Shown: positions 51,401-61,677, counted from the first letter of the stretch. The stretch: DNA of 64,000 nt from Longimicrobiales bacterium (GCA_965202805.1 OZ241869.1:3168001-3232000), one strand, 5' to 3'. Made by a program: numbers and translations. Notes: generated from the letters alone by a model not told the origin.

Positions 51401-53773
51401 ATGAGTATCGTCCGACACATCGCTGCTGTCCGCACCACATCGGCTCCTCGCTCGCGCGTCGTCCACGCACCCATCCTTCTCGCCGCCGCCTGCGGTGTCG
51501 CCCTGATGGCCTTCGCGACCTTCGCGGTCCCCGCTCCCGCTGCCGCCCAACAGCCCTTCACTCCGGAGATCGCGCTCGACGTGCGCACACCCGGCATCGT
51601 GGCGGTGACGGAGGACGGCGCCCGGGTCGCAGTGACGCTCACGTCCCGCCGGGACCGCACCGACGTCGACCACCAGCGCTTCGGCGACCCCACCTACATC
51701 TCCCCCGTGTCGACCCGGCTGATGGTGATCGACACGCGGACCGGACACCCGACCTGGGTTCAGGCGGAACCTGCTGCGCAGATGCGCGGCCATGCCTGGT
51801 CGCCGGACGGAGGGCGACTGGCCTGGTTCATGGTGGAGGATGGCCAGTATCGGCTCCGAATTTACGACGCGGTCACCAGCGCAAGCAGGACCGTCCCTCT
51901 TCGCACCGACAGGGAGATCGCGTCCTCCTCGCCGCTGGTATGGTCGCCGGATGGCGCCCGCGTTCTGCTCGGGCTTCGCCCCGCTGGATGGGCGGAGGAG
52001 GCGCGCGCGGCCTTCCATGCCCTCACGGACGCTCCGGTGATCGTGCAGGACTCGCGCAACGACTTCCTCGCGTGGGACCGGGTGAGGAACCTCGCCAACC
52101 GGCAGGAAACCGTGCTCGTGTCGGTCGTCGACGGCACGGTGCGCGAGGTTCTCTCCGAGGTGACCCCGGTCGGTCCGGGCTTCTCGGAGGAGGGATCCTA
52201 CATCACGTTTTCGACCGCCACACGCACGAAGACGTCGTACACGCGCCGGGACGGCACCGAGTACGAGCTCTTCCGGCTGGATCTCGCGGCGGGTGGAGAT
52301 CCGGTCTCGCTCCGGGACACCGGCGAAGAGCGGCTGAACGTTGCCTGGAACGACGCCCGCGATGCCTTCGCCTACGCCGAGGAAGGATCCGTCTTCGTGC
52401 GGCGGCTGGACGAGGACGAGGCGGTGGATGTGACGGAAGGTCATCGAGACGCTGCGGACGAATCCGGCGCCGGGGACGAAGGCGGCGCCCGGGCGGACGG
52501 CGACGATCCCGCCTCTGAGGAGGAAGAGTCCGATTCCGGCGGAATCCGTTTCGCCGTCGAGCGCTGGAGCCCCTCGGGGGAACAGCTCCTCCTGACCTCG
52601 CAGGAGGCCTGGCACCTCCTCGATCTCGCCAGCGACGACATGCACACCCTCCTCGAGCTTGAAGAGGATGAAGACCAGCGCCCGCGCCGTCAGGTCCAGG
52701 GGTGGAGGGACGATGGCCGGTATCTCTACTTCAGCTACTCGGCGCCGGATCGCTGGCAGCGGGGCCTGAAGCGTCTCGACACGGGGACCGGCGAAGTCGA
52801 GACGCTGATGCTGGACGCCAACCTCTACCGGTCCTGGAACGTCTCCGAGGATGGCGCCACGCTCGTCTACGCCATGTCGGACGGGGACCATCCCAACGAG
52901 ATCTGGGTGGCCCGCGGAGACGGATCGTCACCCCGGCAGCTGACCGAAACGAATGCCGGGCTCGAGGGCGTGGCGCTGACGCGAAGCGAGCTCGTCGAGT
53001 ACCTGGATGTCGACGGCAACACCCTCTACGGCATCCTCTACTATCCGGCCAACTACGAGCCGGGGCGAGCCTATCCGATGGTGGCGGAGATCTACGAGGA
53101 GTACTTCGACAACGGGTTCAACGAGAACATGAACCTGATCACCGCGCAGGGATGGTTCGGGTTCCGGCCCTCGGTGCGCTTCGAGGAGGGTTTCCCCGGC
53201 GAAGCCTGGCTCAAGGCGGTGCCCAACGCGATCAACAAGATCATCGAGCGCGGGCTGGTCGACCCGGAAAAGGTGGGCGTCTACGGGCAGAGCTACGGCG
53301 GCTACGCCACCAACCTGCTCATCACCCAGACCGACCGTTTCGCCGCGGCCGCGAACGTCTCCGGCAAGGTGAACATCATTTCCTTCCTGGGCGACTCGCC
53401 CAAGATCACCACGCGCAACTACGCGGCGGCCGAGGTGGGGCAGGACCGCATCGGCGCCACGCTCTGGGAGCAGCCGCACAAGTACATCGCGCATTCGGCG
53501 GTCATGTTCGCGGACCGCATCGAGACGCCGCTGCTGATGCTCTCGGGCGAGGGCGACTGGAACGTGCCGGCCACCAACCAGCGCGAGATGTATTACGCGC
53601 TGCGGCGGCTGGGGAAGGAGGTGGTGTGGGTGCACTACACCGCGGGCGGGCACGGGGCCGGGCGTGCCAGCAGCGAAACCGACTTCGTGGACCACTGGCA
53701 GCGCATGTTCGACTGGTTTGCCGAGCACTTCGGGGAGGAGCGGGAGCGGAGCGCGGCACAGGACGGCAGCTGA
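51401..53773 (+). CDS. S9 prolyl oligopeptidase family serine peptidase (start uncertain)
   Basis: Signal peptide, WSPDG propeller repeats, GQSYGG, GEGD, GGHG. Confidence 0.9.
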   Translation: MSIVRHIAAVRTTSAPRSRVVHAPILLAAACGVALMAFATFAVPAPAAAQQPFTPEIALDVRTPGIVAVTEDGARVAVTLTSRRDRTDVDHQRFGDPTYISPVSTRLMVIDTRTGHPTWVQAEPAAQMRGHAWSPDGGRLAWFMVEDGQYRLRIYDAVTSASRTVPLRTDREIASSSPLVWSPDGARVLLGLRPAGWAEEARAAFHALTDAPVIVQDSRNDFLAWDRVRNLANRQETVLVSVVDGTVREVLSEVTPVGPGFSEEGSYITFSTATRTKTSYTRRDGTEYELFRLDLAAGGDPVSLRDTGEERLNVAWNDARDAFAYAEEGSVFVRRLDEDEAVDVTEGHRDAADESGAGDEGGARADGDDPASEEEESDSGGIRFAVERWSPSGEQLLLTSQEAWHLLDLASDDMHTLLELEEDEDQRPRRQVQGWRDDGRYLYFSYSAPDRWQRGLKRLDTGTGEVETLMLDANLYRSWNVSEDGATLVYAMSDGDHPNEIWVARGDGSSPRQLTETNAGLEGVALTRSELVEYLDVDGNTLYGILYYPANYEPGRAYPMVAEIYEEYFDNGFNENMNLITAQGWFGFRPSVRFEEGFPGEAWLKAVPNAINKIIERGLVDPEKVGVYGQSYGGYATNLLITQTDRFAAAANVSGKVNIISFLGDSPKITTRNYAAAEVGQDRIGATLWEQPHKYIAHSAVMFADRIETPLLMLSGEGDWNVPATNQREMYYALRRLGKEVVWVHYTAGGHGAGRASSETDFVDHWQRMFDWFAEHFGEERERSAAQDGS

Positions 53774-53848
53774 CGGTGGCGCAAATGGAGTCATGCGGAG
53801 CGGTGGAGCGACAGGCCGCGAGGCCTGGGGACGTGTGAGGAGGCAGGT

Positions 53849-54700
53849 ATGTCCGGTCCTCTGAGCGGGCAAGTCGCGGTCGTGACCGGGGCCAACTCGG
53901 GCGTGGGCCGATCCGCGACCGGGATGCTGCTCGAGGCGGGCGCCCGCGTCACGATGTTGTGCCGTAGCCGCGAACGTGGGGAGCGGGCGCTGGCAGAGCT
54001 GCGTGGGGACGGAGTTCGGGTCGAACTCGAACTCGCCGACCTCTCCCGTCAGGAGGATGTGCGGGATCTGGCCGCTCGGCTGGCCGCCAGACACCCGGCG
54101 ATCGACATTCTGGTGAACAACGCCGGCGTCACGCGACCTCGTTGCGTGTATTCGCCGGAGGAGTTCGAGCTCACCTTCGCAACCAACCACCTCGGACACT
54201 TCCTGCTCACCCGTCTCCTGCGCGAGCGGCTTGAGGCCGGGCGGGGACGAATCGTCAACGTGAGTTCGCGGGGGCACCAGAGCGGCGATCTGCGGCGGGC
54301 GCCGCTCGGAGACATCGCCCGCGGCCGCGCCTGGGAGGGGGCCCTGCAGGCCTACGCCGACTCGAAGCTGGCCAACGTGCTCTTCACCTTCGAGACGGCT
54401 CGGCGCTGGGGCGCCCGGGGAATCACCGCCAACGCGGTCCATCCGGGCGTGCTGGCGACGGAGATCTGGAAGAAAACGTCGCTGGCCGCGCGTCTGCTGG
54501 TCCTTCCCTTCACCTGGTTCATGTCCAGCCCGGATGTGGGCGGGAAGGCGGTGATGAACCTCGTCGCGGATCCCTCCCGGGACGACGTGACCGGCCGGTA
54601 CTTCCACGTCCGGCGGGAGAAGACTCCGAGCGCGCAGGCCCGCGACGAGGCGCTGGCGCGGGAGCTGTGGGAGCGCAGCGTGGAGTGGACGCGCGGCTGA
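53849..54700 (+). CDS. Short-chain dehydrogenase/reductase (retinol-dehydrogenase-like)
   Basis: TGANSGVG, NNAG, NHLGHFLL, YADSK, HPG. Confidence 0.9.
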   Translation: MSGPLSGQVAVVTGANSGVGRSATGMLLEAGARVTMLCRSRERGERALAELRGDGVRVELELADLSRQEDVRDLAARLAARHPAIDILVNNAGVTRPRCVYSPEEFELTFATNHLGHFLLTRLLRERLEAGRGRIVNVSSRGHQSGDLRRAPLGDIARGRAWEGALQAYADSKLANVLFTFETARRWGARGITANAVHPGVLATEIWKKTSLAARLLVLPFTWFMSSPDVGGKAVMNLVADPSRDDVTGRYFHVRREKTPSAQARDEALARELWERSVEWTRG

Positions 54701-54737
54701 TGACAGGGGTGGACCGCGATGAGAGGCCGCCTGGCCC

Positions 54738-55676
54738 TTACTCGTCGAACCCGCCCGGCTCCCAGTTCTTCCATCCCCGCCCGCGGTGTGCGAAGTCGAA
54801 GCGCCCCGGGTGCAGGATCTCCGCCAGGATCTCGGCCGACTCCACAACGCGGGGCCCCGGCCGGTTGAAGTACTGATTGCCGTCCGTGATCGCCACCCGG
54901 CCGGCGCGCACGGCGGAAAGCCGCCGCCATTCCGGACGGGCGGCGAGGGCCGGCATTTCCCGCTCGGCGCGCTCGATGTCGAACCCGCAGGGCATGATCG
55001 CGATGATGTCGGGATCGGCGGCCACGAGTTGCTCGATGTCCATATGGCCGGAGTGTAGCCCCGCCTCCCCGAGCGGATCCGTGCCGCCGGCGCACTCCAC
55101 CAGCTCCGGCACCCAGTTTCCCGCCATCATCAGCGGGTCGATCCACTCGATGCAGGCGATGGAGGGCCGCGGCCGCAGCGTGCGCGTGGCGGCGCGGAGC
55201 ACCTCGAGCCGGCTCGTCAGCCGCCCCACCAGCTCGTCGGCGCGCGCCGGTTCCCCGAGCGCGGCCGCAACCGCGCGGATGTCGCTCCACACGTCGTCGA
55301 GCGCCATCGGTTCGAGCGACACGACCGCCGGCTGCGAGCGCACCAGATCGCACACCGCGCGCTCGACGTCCCGCAGGCTCACCGCACACACCTCGCACTG
55401 GGTCTGGGTCACGATGACGGTCGGGGCCAGGCGGTCGAGCAGGGCCGGGTCGACGCTGTACACGGACAGGCCCTCGCGCACGATCGTCTTCACCTGGTCG
55501 TCGATGGCCCGGCTGGAGGCCGCCACCTCCACCTTCGAACTGGAACAGGTGGGCAGCCGGGCGACGCCGGGCGGATGGTCGCACTCGTGCGATCGGCCCA
55601 CCAGCTCGCGCTCGAAGCCCAGCGCGCACACGATCTCGGTCGCGCTCGCGATGAGCGAGACGATGCGGTGGGGCAT
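54738..55676 (-). CDS. Cobalamin-binding (BtuF-like) protein without evident signal peptide
   Basis: RIVSLIASATEIV, GRSHECD, CIEW.DP, FNRPGPR. Confidence 0.8.
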   Translation of the reverse strand: MPHRIVSLIASATEIVCALGFERELVGRSHECDHPPGVARLPTCSSSKVEVAASSRAIDDQVKTIVREGLSVYSVDPALLDRLAPTVIVTQTQCEVCAVSLRDVERAVCDLVRSQPAVVSLEPMALDDVWSDIRAVAAALGEPARADELVGRLTSRLEVLRAATRTLRPRPSIACIEWIDPLMMAGNWVPELVECAGGTDPLGEAGLHSGHMDIEQLVAADPDIIAIMPCGFDIERAEREMPALAARPEWRRLSAVRAGRVAITDGNQYFNRPGPRVVESAEILAEILHPGRFDFAHRGRGWKNWEPGGFDE

Positions 55677-55722
55677 CCCGGCGTCCCTCGCCTTCCGGGG
55701 ACGAATCCGCGTTTGTTGGCGG

Positions 55723-56328
55723 CTACGTGCGACTGGACGCGAACCGGTAAAGCGGGATGGGCGCCGGATTCCTCAGGGCGACGCGGCTGAACAGGAGCGG
55801 CAGGAAGACCGCCATGCTGACCAGCGTGTTGCGGAAGAAGGGAATCGCGCGGACGTAGCAGTCCACCAGACCGGAGAACGTCTTGGGGTACAGCAGACCA
55901 TCGCCGAAGGCCCACACGCCGAAGTTGGTGATCACGAAGAACCCGACCGACGACGCCAGCCCCGCGCCCGCCACCCGCGTCCACGACGTCTCGCCGCGCA
56001 GCGCGAATCCCGTGGTCGCCACCAGGGCGAGCGACAGGTAGACCAGCGGCTGGTTGGGGTAGAACGCCCAGTCGACCCGGCCGGTCAGCGCCAGGATCCC
56101 CAGATCGCCCAGGAGCCATGCCGCGAACGGGAGGAGATACGCCGTCCTCGCGCGCGCGAAGAACGCTCCCCCGAACAGGCAGAGCGGCAGCATGGGCGAG
56201 AAATTCCACGGATAGGTGGTCCGCTCCGGGTCGATCGACATCCCGAACTGCGCCAGCAGGTACGGCGCCAGCCGCACGCCGACGCTTACGGCGAGCATTG
56301 CCACAATCACGGAAAACCGCGGTTTCAT
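55723..56328 (-). CDS. DUF6580-like membrane protein, putative ECF S-component-type transporter
   Basis: GGAGG RBS; NFSP, FFVITNFGVW, GLVDCY..AIPFF; about 6 TM helices. Confidence 0.65.
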   Translation of the reverse strand: MKPRFSVIVAMLAVSVGVRLAPYLLAQFGMSIDPERTTYPWNFSPMLPLCLFGGAFFARARTAYLLPFAAWLLGDLGILALTGRVDWAFYPNQPLVYLSLALVATTGFALRGETSWTRVAGAGLASSVGFFVITNFGVWAFGDGLLYPKTFSGLVDCYVRAIPFFRNTLVSMAVFLPLLFSRVALRNPAPIPLYRFASSRT

Positions 56329-56440
56329 CTCGATTCCTCCCTGTTTCCTGTTCTCCGTCCGATCAGCGGCCTCTTGCCGGCCATCGGTACTTCTCCCGGC
56401 TACCGCGTCCCATGCCGGGTCGCCGCGGGCTTCCCCCCGC

Positions 56441-58408
56441 CTATCCTTCTCCACCGCCCAGCGCCACGCTTCCGCCAACGTATACGGCGCGTCCGGGCGC
56501 GGCGAATCCCCACACTTCATGGTAGGATTGGTCCAGCAGGTTTTCCATGCGCACGGTCAGCCGCATCCCTGGACGTCCCGGACCCGGGCCCACCTCGAAG
56601 CTCGCCGCCAGGTCCACCAGCGTGTAGGCGGGCAGCGTCACCGGGGTGGCCGGCCAGGCGCTGAAGTCGCGGTCGCTGCGCTCTCCCGTGCGCCGCACGC
56701 TCGCGTCCAGCCCGATCCCGCTCGCGACCTGGACGAAGGCGTTCGCCCCTGCGGTGTGCTTCGGCCTGCGCAGCAGCGGCTCGCCTTCCACGAACGTCGC
56801 CGACGGGCCCTCGTCGAAGCCCGAGTCCTCCACTTCCGTGTCCAGGTACGTGTAGAAGCCCGACAGCCGAACCCGGCTCGCGGCAACCGACGCCTCCGCT
56901 TCCAGCCCGCGGCTGCGTGCCCTGGCCACGTTGTGGTAGTTGGGACCTCCGGGCTCGGGCGGCGAGAAGGTGTACTGGATGAGGTTGCGGTAGCTCTGGC
57001 GGAATCCGGTGAGTGACAGCCGGGCGATGCCCCCCAGTTCCTGGTCCAGCCCGGCCTCGAAGCTGGTCGATTCCTCCGGTTGGAGATCCGGATTGCCGGT
57101 CGCGAAGCCGGTGGCATACGTCTCGTAGAAGGTGGGCTCCTTGATCCCGGTGCCGGCCGATGCACGCACGCGCGTGCCCGAGGCATCCGCGCGCCACGCC
57201 GCGCCCGCGCGCCACGTCATCGCCGAGCCGAAGCGCTCGTTGTCCTCGAGACGCACTCCCGCGTTCAGCGCCGCAGGCCCGCGAAACTCCGACAGCTGGG
57301 CGTAGATGGCCTGGTTTCCACGCTCGTTCCGGGAGTTGCTCGCACTCGGGCCCCACTGGGAAAGCGATTCGCTGAAGTCGCGCACCGACTGCTGCTCCAG
57401 CTCGTATCCGGCGGCGACGGACGTTCGCTCGCCGGCGCGCCAGATCGCCCGTCCGCCCAGCGTCGTCCGGCGCAGGTCGGCGAGGCTCTTGAAGCCATGG
57501 AAGCCGAGCGTATCCGCCGGGCCGTCCGGGGCGTCGTCGGTCCCCGAGTCCGACTCGTGGACGTTGACTCCGAACCGGGTCTCGAAGACGTCGTTCCAGC
57601 GTCGCCCCGCATCGACGTTGACCGACAGCGCGTCCCCGAAGCTGTTGGCGTTCTCGTCCACCAGGTTCCCGGAGCCGTCGGTGGGGTAGTGGAAGCGCCG
57701 ATCCTCGTAGCGCACCGAAACCGAAGCGTCAGTCGCTTCATCGAGCTGCCCCTGGACCCGGCCCGTGGCCGTGGCGTGGCGGAACTGGTTGTTGAACTCG
57801 AGGATGCCGTCGGTCTCGTTCCTCCCGGCGGAGAAGGCGTAGGAAAGCGAGCTCGTCCCTCCCGAGAGTCCCCCCTGCCAGCGCCGGGTGCCGTAGCTGC
57901 CCCCCTGGAACGACAGGCCTCCGCGGGGCCGGCCGCTTCCCCGGCGGGTGAAGATCTGGATGACGCCGCTCACCGCGTCCGAGCCGTAGAGCGCGGAGGC
58001 GGGGCCCCGCACGATCTCGATGCGTTCCACGTTGTCGGTGGTGAGCGAGGCGAAGTCGAAGGCGCCGCCGGGCTCATTCACGCGCACCCCGTCGACCAGC
58101 ACCTGCACGTAGTCCGACTCGCCTCCGCGCAGGAAGAGCGAGGTGATGGCGCCGAACGAGCCGCTCCGGACCAGCGCCACGCCCGGGAGCTGGCGCAGCG
58201 CGTCGGCCACGTACTCGACGCCGGCCCGTTCCAGTTCGGCGCCGTAGACGATGGTCGTGTGGGCCGCGGCGGCCCACTCGGGTTGGGGCAGTCGGTTGGC
58301 GGTGACCACCAGCCCCTGCAGGTTGCCCGGTTCCTGGGCGGCAACGGGCACGGCAAGGCATGCGGTGGCGACGGCGGCGGCAAGGCGGATGAATCGAGCG
58401 TAGCTCAT
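56441..58408 (-). CDS. btuB: TonB-dependent cobalamin receptor
   Basis: VVTANR, RIEIVRGPASALYGSDA, NPDLQPE, ENLLD; downstream of B12 riboswitch. Confidence 0.82.
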   Translation of the reverse strand: MSYARFIRLAAAVATACLAVPVAAQEPGNLQGLVVTANRLPQPEWAAAAHTTIVYGAELERAGVEYVADALRQLPGVALVRSGSFGAITSLFLRGGESDYVQVLVDGVRVNEPGGAFDFASLTTDNVERIEIVRGPASALYGSDAVSGVIQIFTRRGSGRPRGGLSFQGGSYGTRRWQGGLSGGTSSLSYAFSAGRNETDGILEFNNQFRHATATGRVQGQLDEATDASVSVRYEDRRFHYPTDGSGNLVDENANSFGDALSVNVDAGRRWNDVFETRFGVNVHESDSGTDDAPDGPADTLGFHGFKSLADLRRTTLGGRAIWRAGERTSVAAGYELEQQSVRDFSESLSQWGPSASNSRNERGNQAIYAQLSEFRGPAALNAGVRLEDNERFGSAMTWRAGAAWRADASGTRVRASAGTGIKEPTFYETYATGFATGNPDLQPEESTSFEAGLDQELGGIARLSLTGFRQSYRNLIQYTFSPPEPGGPNYHNVARARSRGLEAEASVAASRVRLSGFYTYLDTEVEDSGFDEGPSATFVEGEPLLRRPKHTAGANAFVQVASGIGLDASVRRTGERSDRDFSAWPATPVTLPAYTLVDLAASFEVGPGPGRPGMRLTVRMENLLDQSYHEVWGFAAPGRAVYVGGSVALGGGEG

Positions 58409-58514
58409 GTCGGCTCTCCTCTGCCGCGCGGAAGAAAGAGGAGTTGCCGACCAACGCGATCGCGGTTTGGAAGGCGCCCCTCACCTCCCCGCGGAGGTGG
58501 TGAAAAAGGGCGCC

Positions 58515-58682
58515 GGACGGGCTCGTCTCCTGGCTTGAGGCCTCCGGGCTCGCCTTCCCGGGCCCGCCTGGGAACCCGGTGGCACATTCGAGCCGGAGTT
58601 TTCCGGAAAAAACCCGGACCTCATCACAGTGGCGGGGCCGCGCCGGATTCGCACCGGCTTCCGTGGGCCCCTCCGGCCTCTG
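58515..58682 (-). ncRNA. Cobalamin riboswitch
   Basis: Minus strand GGAAGCCGGTGCGAATCCGGCGCGGCCCCGCCACTGT...GCCACCGGG...GGGAAGGC...AGCCAGGAGAC. Confidence 0.93.
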
Positions 58683-58692
58683 CTACTGCGAG

Positions 58693-58721
58693 ATTCTAGC
58701 CGGGGGTGTGAAGGGGGTCAA
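58693..58721 (-). promoter_or_regulatory. Sigma-70 promoter TTGACC-N17-TAGAAT for the riboswitch/btuB transcript
   Basis: Near-consensus hexamers with 17-nt spacer directly upstream of the riboswitch. Confidence 0.7.
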
Positions 58722-60252
58722 CGGTGGGAATGCCCGGTTCGTGCGGATCTGCGGCGAAGGCGCGCTCTATGGCAGATTCGATGGCAGCCACTTCGCCATC
58801 GCTCAGCTCGCGAAAACGGGGGCGCTTTCTCGCGGAGAGCCGTCCTCCGTTCTGCACGCAGAGCCGTATGAGCAGCGAGGTGCGCCGGTCGGGCATGTCC
58901 ACGATCTCCGAAACCGCTCTGAAGGCTTGATCAAAGCCGGCGATGAAACCGAGTTCTTCCCGAAGATCGTGACGGACCGTCTCGGCCACTCGGTCGTGAA
59001 GGTATTCGGCAAACGCGGTCATATCGATGAACCGATAGAGATCGCGGGTGTCGCCTTCCACCAGCAGGTCTCTGTTCAGACCCCATCGCCAGTCGATGAA
59101 TTCCAGGATCGGCCGGGAGAAACTCTCGAGCACCCGATCGTAGCCGTGACGATCGCGCAGAATGGCCGCGGACACCGGAAAGATGAAGTTCGTGGGCGTG
59201 TATCTCCTCGAAGCGAGCACGTGATGGACGAGGAACCGGTGAATGCGGCCGTTTCCGTCCTCGAAGGGATGAACGAAGACGAAGGCGAAGGCCGAAACCG
59301 CCGCGCCGACGAAGGGCGGAACGCTCTCGTGCGAGACGCGCGCGGTGAGGTTCATCCAACCCTTCATGAGCGAGGGCACGTCGGCTGGCCGGGGGCATAC
59401 GAAGTGGACCTCTTCCCGGAAGCCCGCACCCGTCCGGCCGACGAAATTCTGAACGTCGCGCCAGTCCGTGGCGGCATAGCGCGGGTCGACGATCGACCCT
59501 TGAAGCCGGACCAGCGCATCCTTGACCAGCGGGTTGAAGGTGGCCGCTTCACTAAGCGCGCGCACGAAGCGAGCAGCACGACGGGAAGACGGCTTCTCGC
59601 CTTCGATCGCAAAGGAGGACCGCGTTTCCCTGGTGTACAGATAGTCGACCGCGCGGGTGAGAAGGCTCCGGTCGAAGGCTTCGCAGAGAGCACGCGCCTC
59701 GTCGTCCAGGCGCATCGCCATCTGGCGCAGAAGCTTCGGGGTCCGCCGGACCGTCACACAGAGGCCGGGTCCGCCGAGCAGGTTGTCGATGACGCGGTGC
59801 CGCCGGGAATTGCGGCGCTCGGCGACGATGAATCTCTCTGGATCGAGTGCCTCAACGTAGTTGCCGCTACGAACGTTTTCGAGATCCAGGACATGTCCCG
59901 TAAACGTTTCATAGAAGAACCAGGCACGGCGGCTGTACGCGCCCGTGGGCTCGCTCCTGACCCAATCTTCCAACGTTGCGGGATCGATGGTCTTGAGGGC
60001 GGCGGCCAGCACTCCGAGATCGAAAGGCTCGCGACGAAGCATGAAGCGCAGGTGAGACACGACCGAATCGCCGGGGGCGTATTGCCGGGGATAGCTTTCG
60101 ACCACGCGAGAACCGTGTACTTCCGTCCGCCTTGTTCCGGAGACCAGGTAACTCTCCACGGCTGGCTGGGGGACGGCCAGGTCTAACTCGCGGCGGAGCC
60201 ATGCTTGCCCCACAGGTGTTCTTTTTTGATTCATCGAAAGCTCCCCAGGCAT
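58696..60252 (-). CDS. Fic family protein
   Basis: Canonical HPFEDGNGRIHR; ETRSSFAIEGE. Confidence 0.92.
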   Translation of the reverse strand: MPGELSMNQKRTPVGQAWLRRELDLAVPQPAVESYLVSGTRRTEVHGSRVVESYPRQYAPGDSVVSHLRFMLRREPFDLGVLAAALKTIDPATLEDWVRSEPTGAYSRRAWFFYETFTGHVLDLENVRSGNYVEALDPERFIVAERRNSRRHRVIDNLLGGPGLCVTVRRTPKLLRQMAMRLDDEARALCEAFDRSLLTRAVDYLYTRETRSSFAIEGEKPSSRRAARFVRALSEAATFNPLVKDALVRLQGSIVDPRYAATDWRDVQNFVGRTGAGFREEVHFVCPRPADVPSLMKGWMNLTARVSHESVPPFVGAAVSAFAFVFVHPFEDGNGRIHRFLVHHVLASRRYTPTNFIFPVSAAILRDRHGYDRVLESFSRPILEFIDWRWGLNRDLLVEGDTRDLYRFIDMTAFAEYLHDRVAETVRHDLREELGFIAGFDQAFRAVSEIVDMPDRRTSLLIRLCVQNGGRLSARKRPRFRELSDGEVAAIESAIERAFAADPHEPGIPTVDPLHTPG

Positions 60253-60275
60253 CGCAAACGCGCTTTTGATGGTGG

Positions 60276-60473
60276 CCAGGAAGCACCGCAGAACGGTTAC
60301 GATCTTTTAAAGACGCTTAGAAAAAGCTAGTCCGTCCTCAAAGTGATTACAACAGTTTTCCTCTTGGGTGCGTTTTCTGGAGAGTTGCCTTTCTCCAGGA
60401 AACATCGCAAAACGGTTATGATCGTGTGAGAACGCTTAGCAATAGGGTATCGCGTCCCAAAACGATTACAGCA
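60276..60473. repeat. Two degenerate ~78-bp direct repeats (period 119) containing six AACGNTTA-like boxes
   Basis: Copies start CCAGGAA at 60276 and 60395; boxes at 60292, 60312, 60342, 60411, 60431, 60461. Confidence 0.75.
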
Positions 60474-60507
60474 CCGCGGAAGCGCGCCGAGCGAGAATGG
60501 AGCCGGG

Positions 60508-61638
60508 CTACAGCGGAGCCTCGTAGAGGCGGTAGGTGCGGTAGACCCTGCCCCCCATCCGTTCTATCGCGGCGTTCATTCGGTGGTTGCCCTCGAGGAT
60601 CCAGGACATGTCGGCCTCCCTCATCCCGGCCGCGCTGGCGTTTCGGAACAGCGCAAGGTAGAGGAGCGCATCGATGCCCTTGCCCCGCCACCCCTCGAGG
60701 AGCCCCAGCATGAGGACGCGCAGGCGGGTGATCCTGCGCTTGTGAACCAGCAGCCTGATGATTCCGAGCGGACTGAGCCGCCCGTTGAGCTTGTGCAGAA
60801 CCTGGTTGAAATCCGGAAAGGCGAGCGCGAGCCCGATCGCTTCCCCCGTGGGCGTTTCCGCGAACAGCACCAGGCTCGGATCGATGATCGGCTTCAACTC
60901 GGCGGCGATGTGGTCGATCTCGGCGTCCGTCATGGGAACGAACCCCCAGTTCTTCCTCCAGGCGGAATTGTAGAGTCGCCGAACGAGGGCGAGTTCCTCG
61001 TCGAACTTCGACATTTCCAATGTGCGGATGCGGATGCCGTAGCGGTGCGTCACGATCCTCTCGGCGCGAAACAGGTATTCGGGCCAGTTCCCCGCCACGA
61101 GGTGCCAGGCGTAGAGGTCCTTTACCTTGCGGAGCCCGCAGCCTTCGAGCAGGGCCGGATACCAGGGCGCGTTGTGGGCCAGAAGAAGCGCCGGCGGTTC
61201 CCGGTCTCCGTCGATGAGGAGGCCGGTGGTCTCGTTGGTGGAAAAGCTGGTCGGGCCGCGCATGGCCGTGAGGCCGCGATCCCGAAGCCACCCCCGAACG
61301 GCCTCGAACAGCCCCTCCGCCACCTCCGGGTCGTCGATGCACTCGAACCAGCCGAAGAAGCCGACCGCCTCCCGGTGCACCCGCTCGTGGTTCCGGTTGC
61401 GGATCGCGCAGATGCGCCCCACCACCTTGCCGCCGCGGAGCGCGAGCCAGGGCTGAACCTCGGAGTGCAGATGGAAGGGGTGTTTCGCCGTGTCGAAAGC
61501 GGCGCGGACATCCCGCTTCAGGGGCGGCACCCAGTCGGGGTCGTTGCGGTAGATCGACCACGGCAGGTTGATGAAGCGGCGAAGGTCGGCGCGGCTCCTC
61601 ACGGGCACGACGATGGGCGATGAAGCGGGATTCGTCAT
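60508..61638 (-). CDS. GNAT-family N-acetyltransferase (YghO-like)
   Basis: FINLPWSIY..DP.WVPPL, FFGWFE, NWGFVP, WRGKG, SWILE.N. Confidence 0.8.
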   Translation of the reverse strand: MTNPASSPIVVPVRSRADLRRFINLPWSIYRNDPDWVPPLKRDVRAAFDTAKHPFHLHSEVQPWLALRGGKVVGRICAIRNRNHERVHREAVGFFGWFECIDDPEVAEGLFEAVRGWLRDRGLTAMRGPTSFSTNETTGLLIDGDREPPALLLAHNAPWYPALLEGCGLRKVKDLYAWHLVAGNWPEYLFRAERIVTHRYGIRIRTLEMSKFDEELALVRRLYNSAWRKNWGFVPMTDAEIDHIAAELKPIIDPSLVLFAETPTGEAIGLALAFPDFNQVLHKLNGRLSPLGIIRLLVHKRRITRLRVLMLGLLEGWRGKGIDALLYLALFRNASAAGMREADMSWILEGNHRMNAAIERMGGRVYRTYRLYEAPL

Positions 61639-61677
61639 AGTTGGCGTTCCAAACCGCTTAGCCAGCTGGCAACACGG

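Noticed and set aside
60276..60473. Possible CRISPR array
   Set aside because: Only two long degenerate copies, no constant repeat/unique spacer pattern, and no cas genes.
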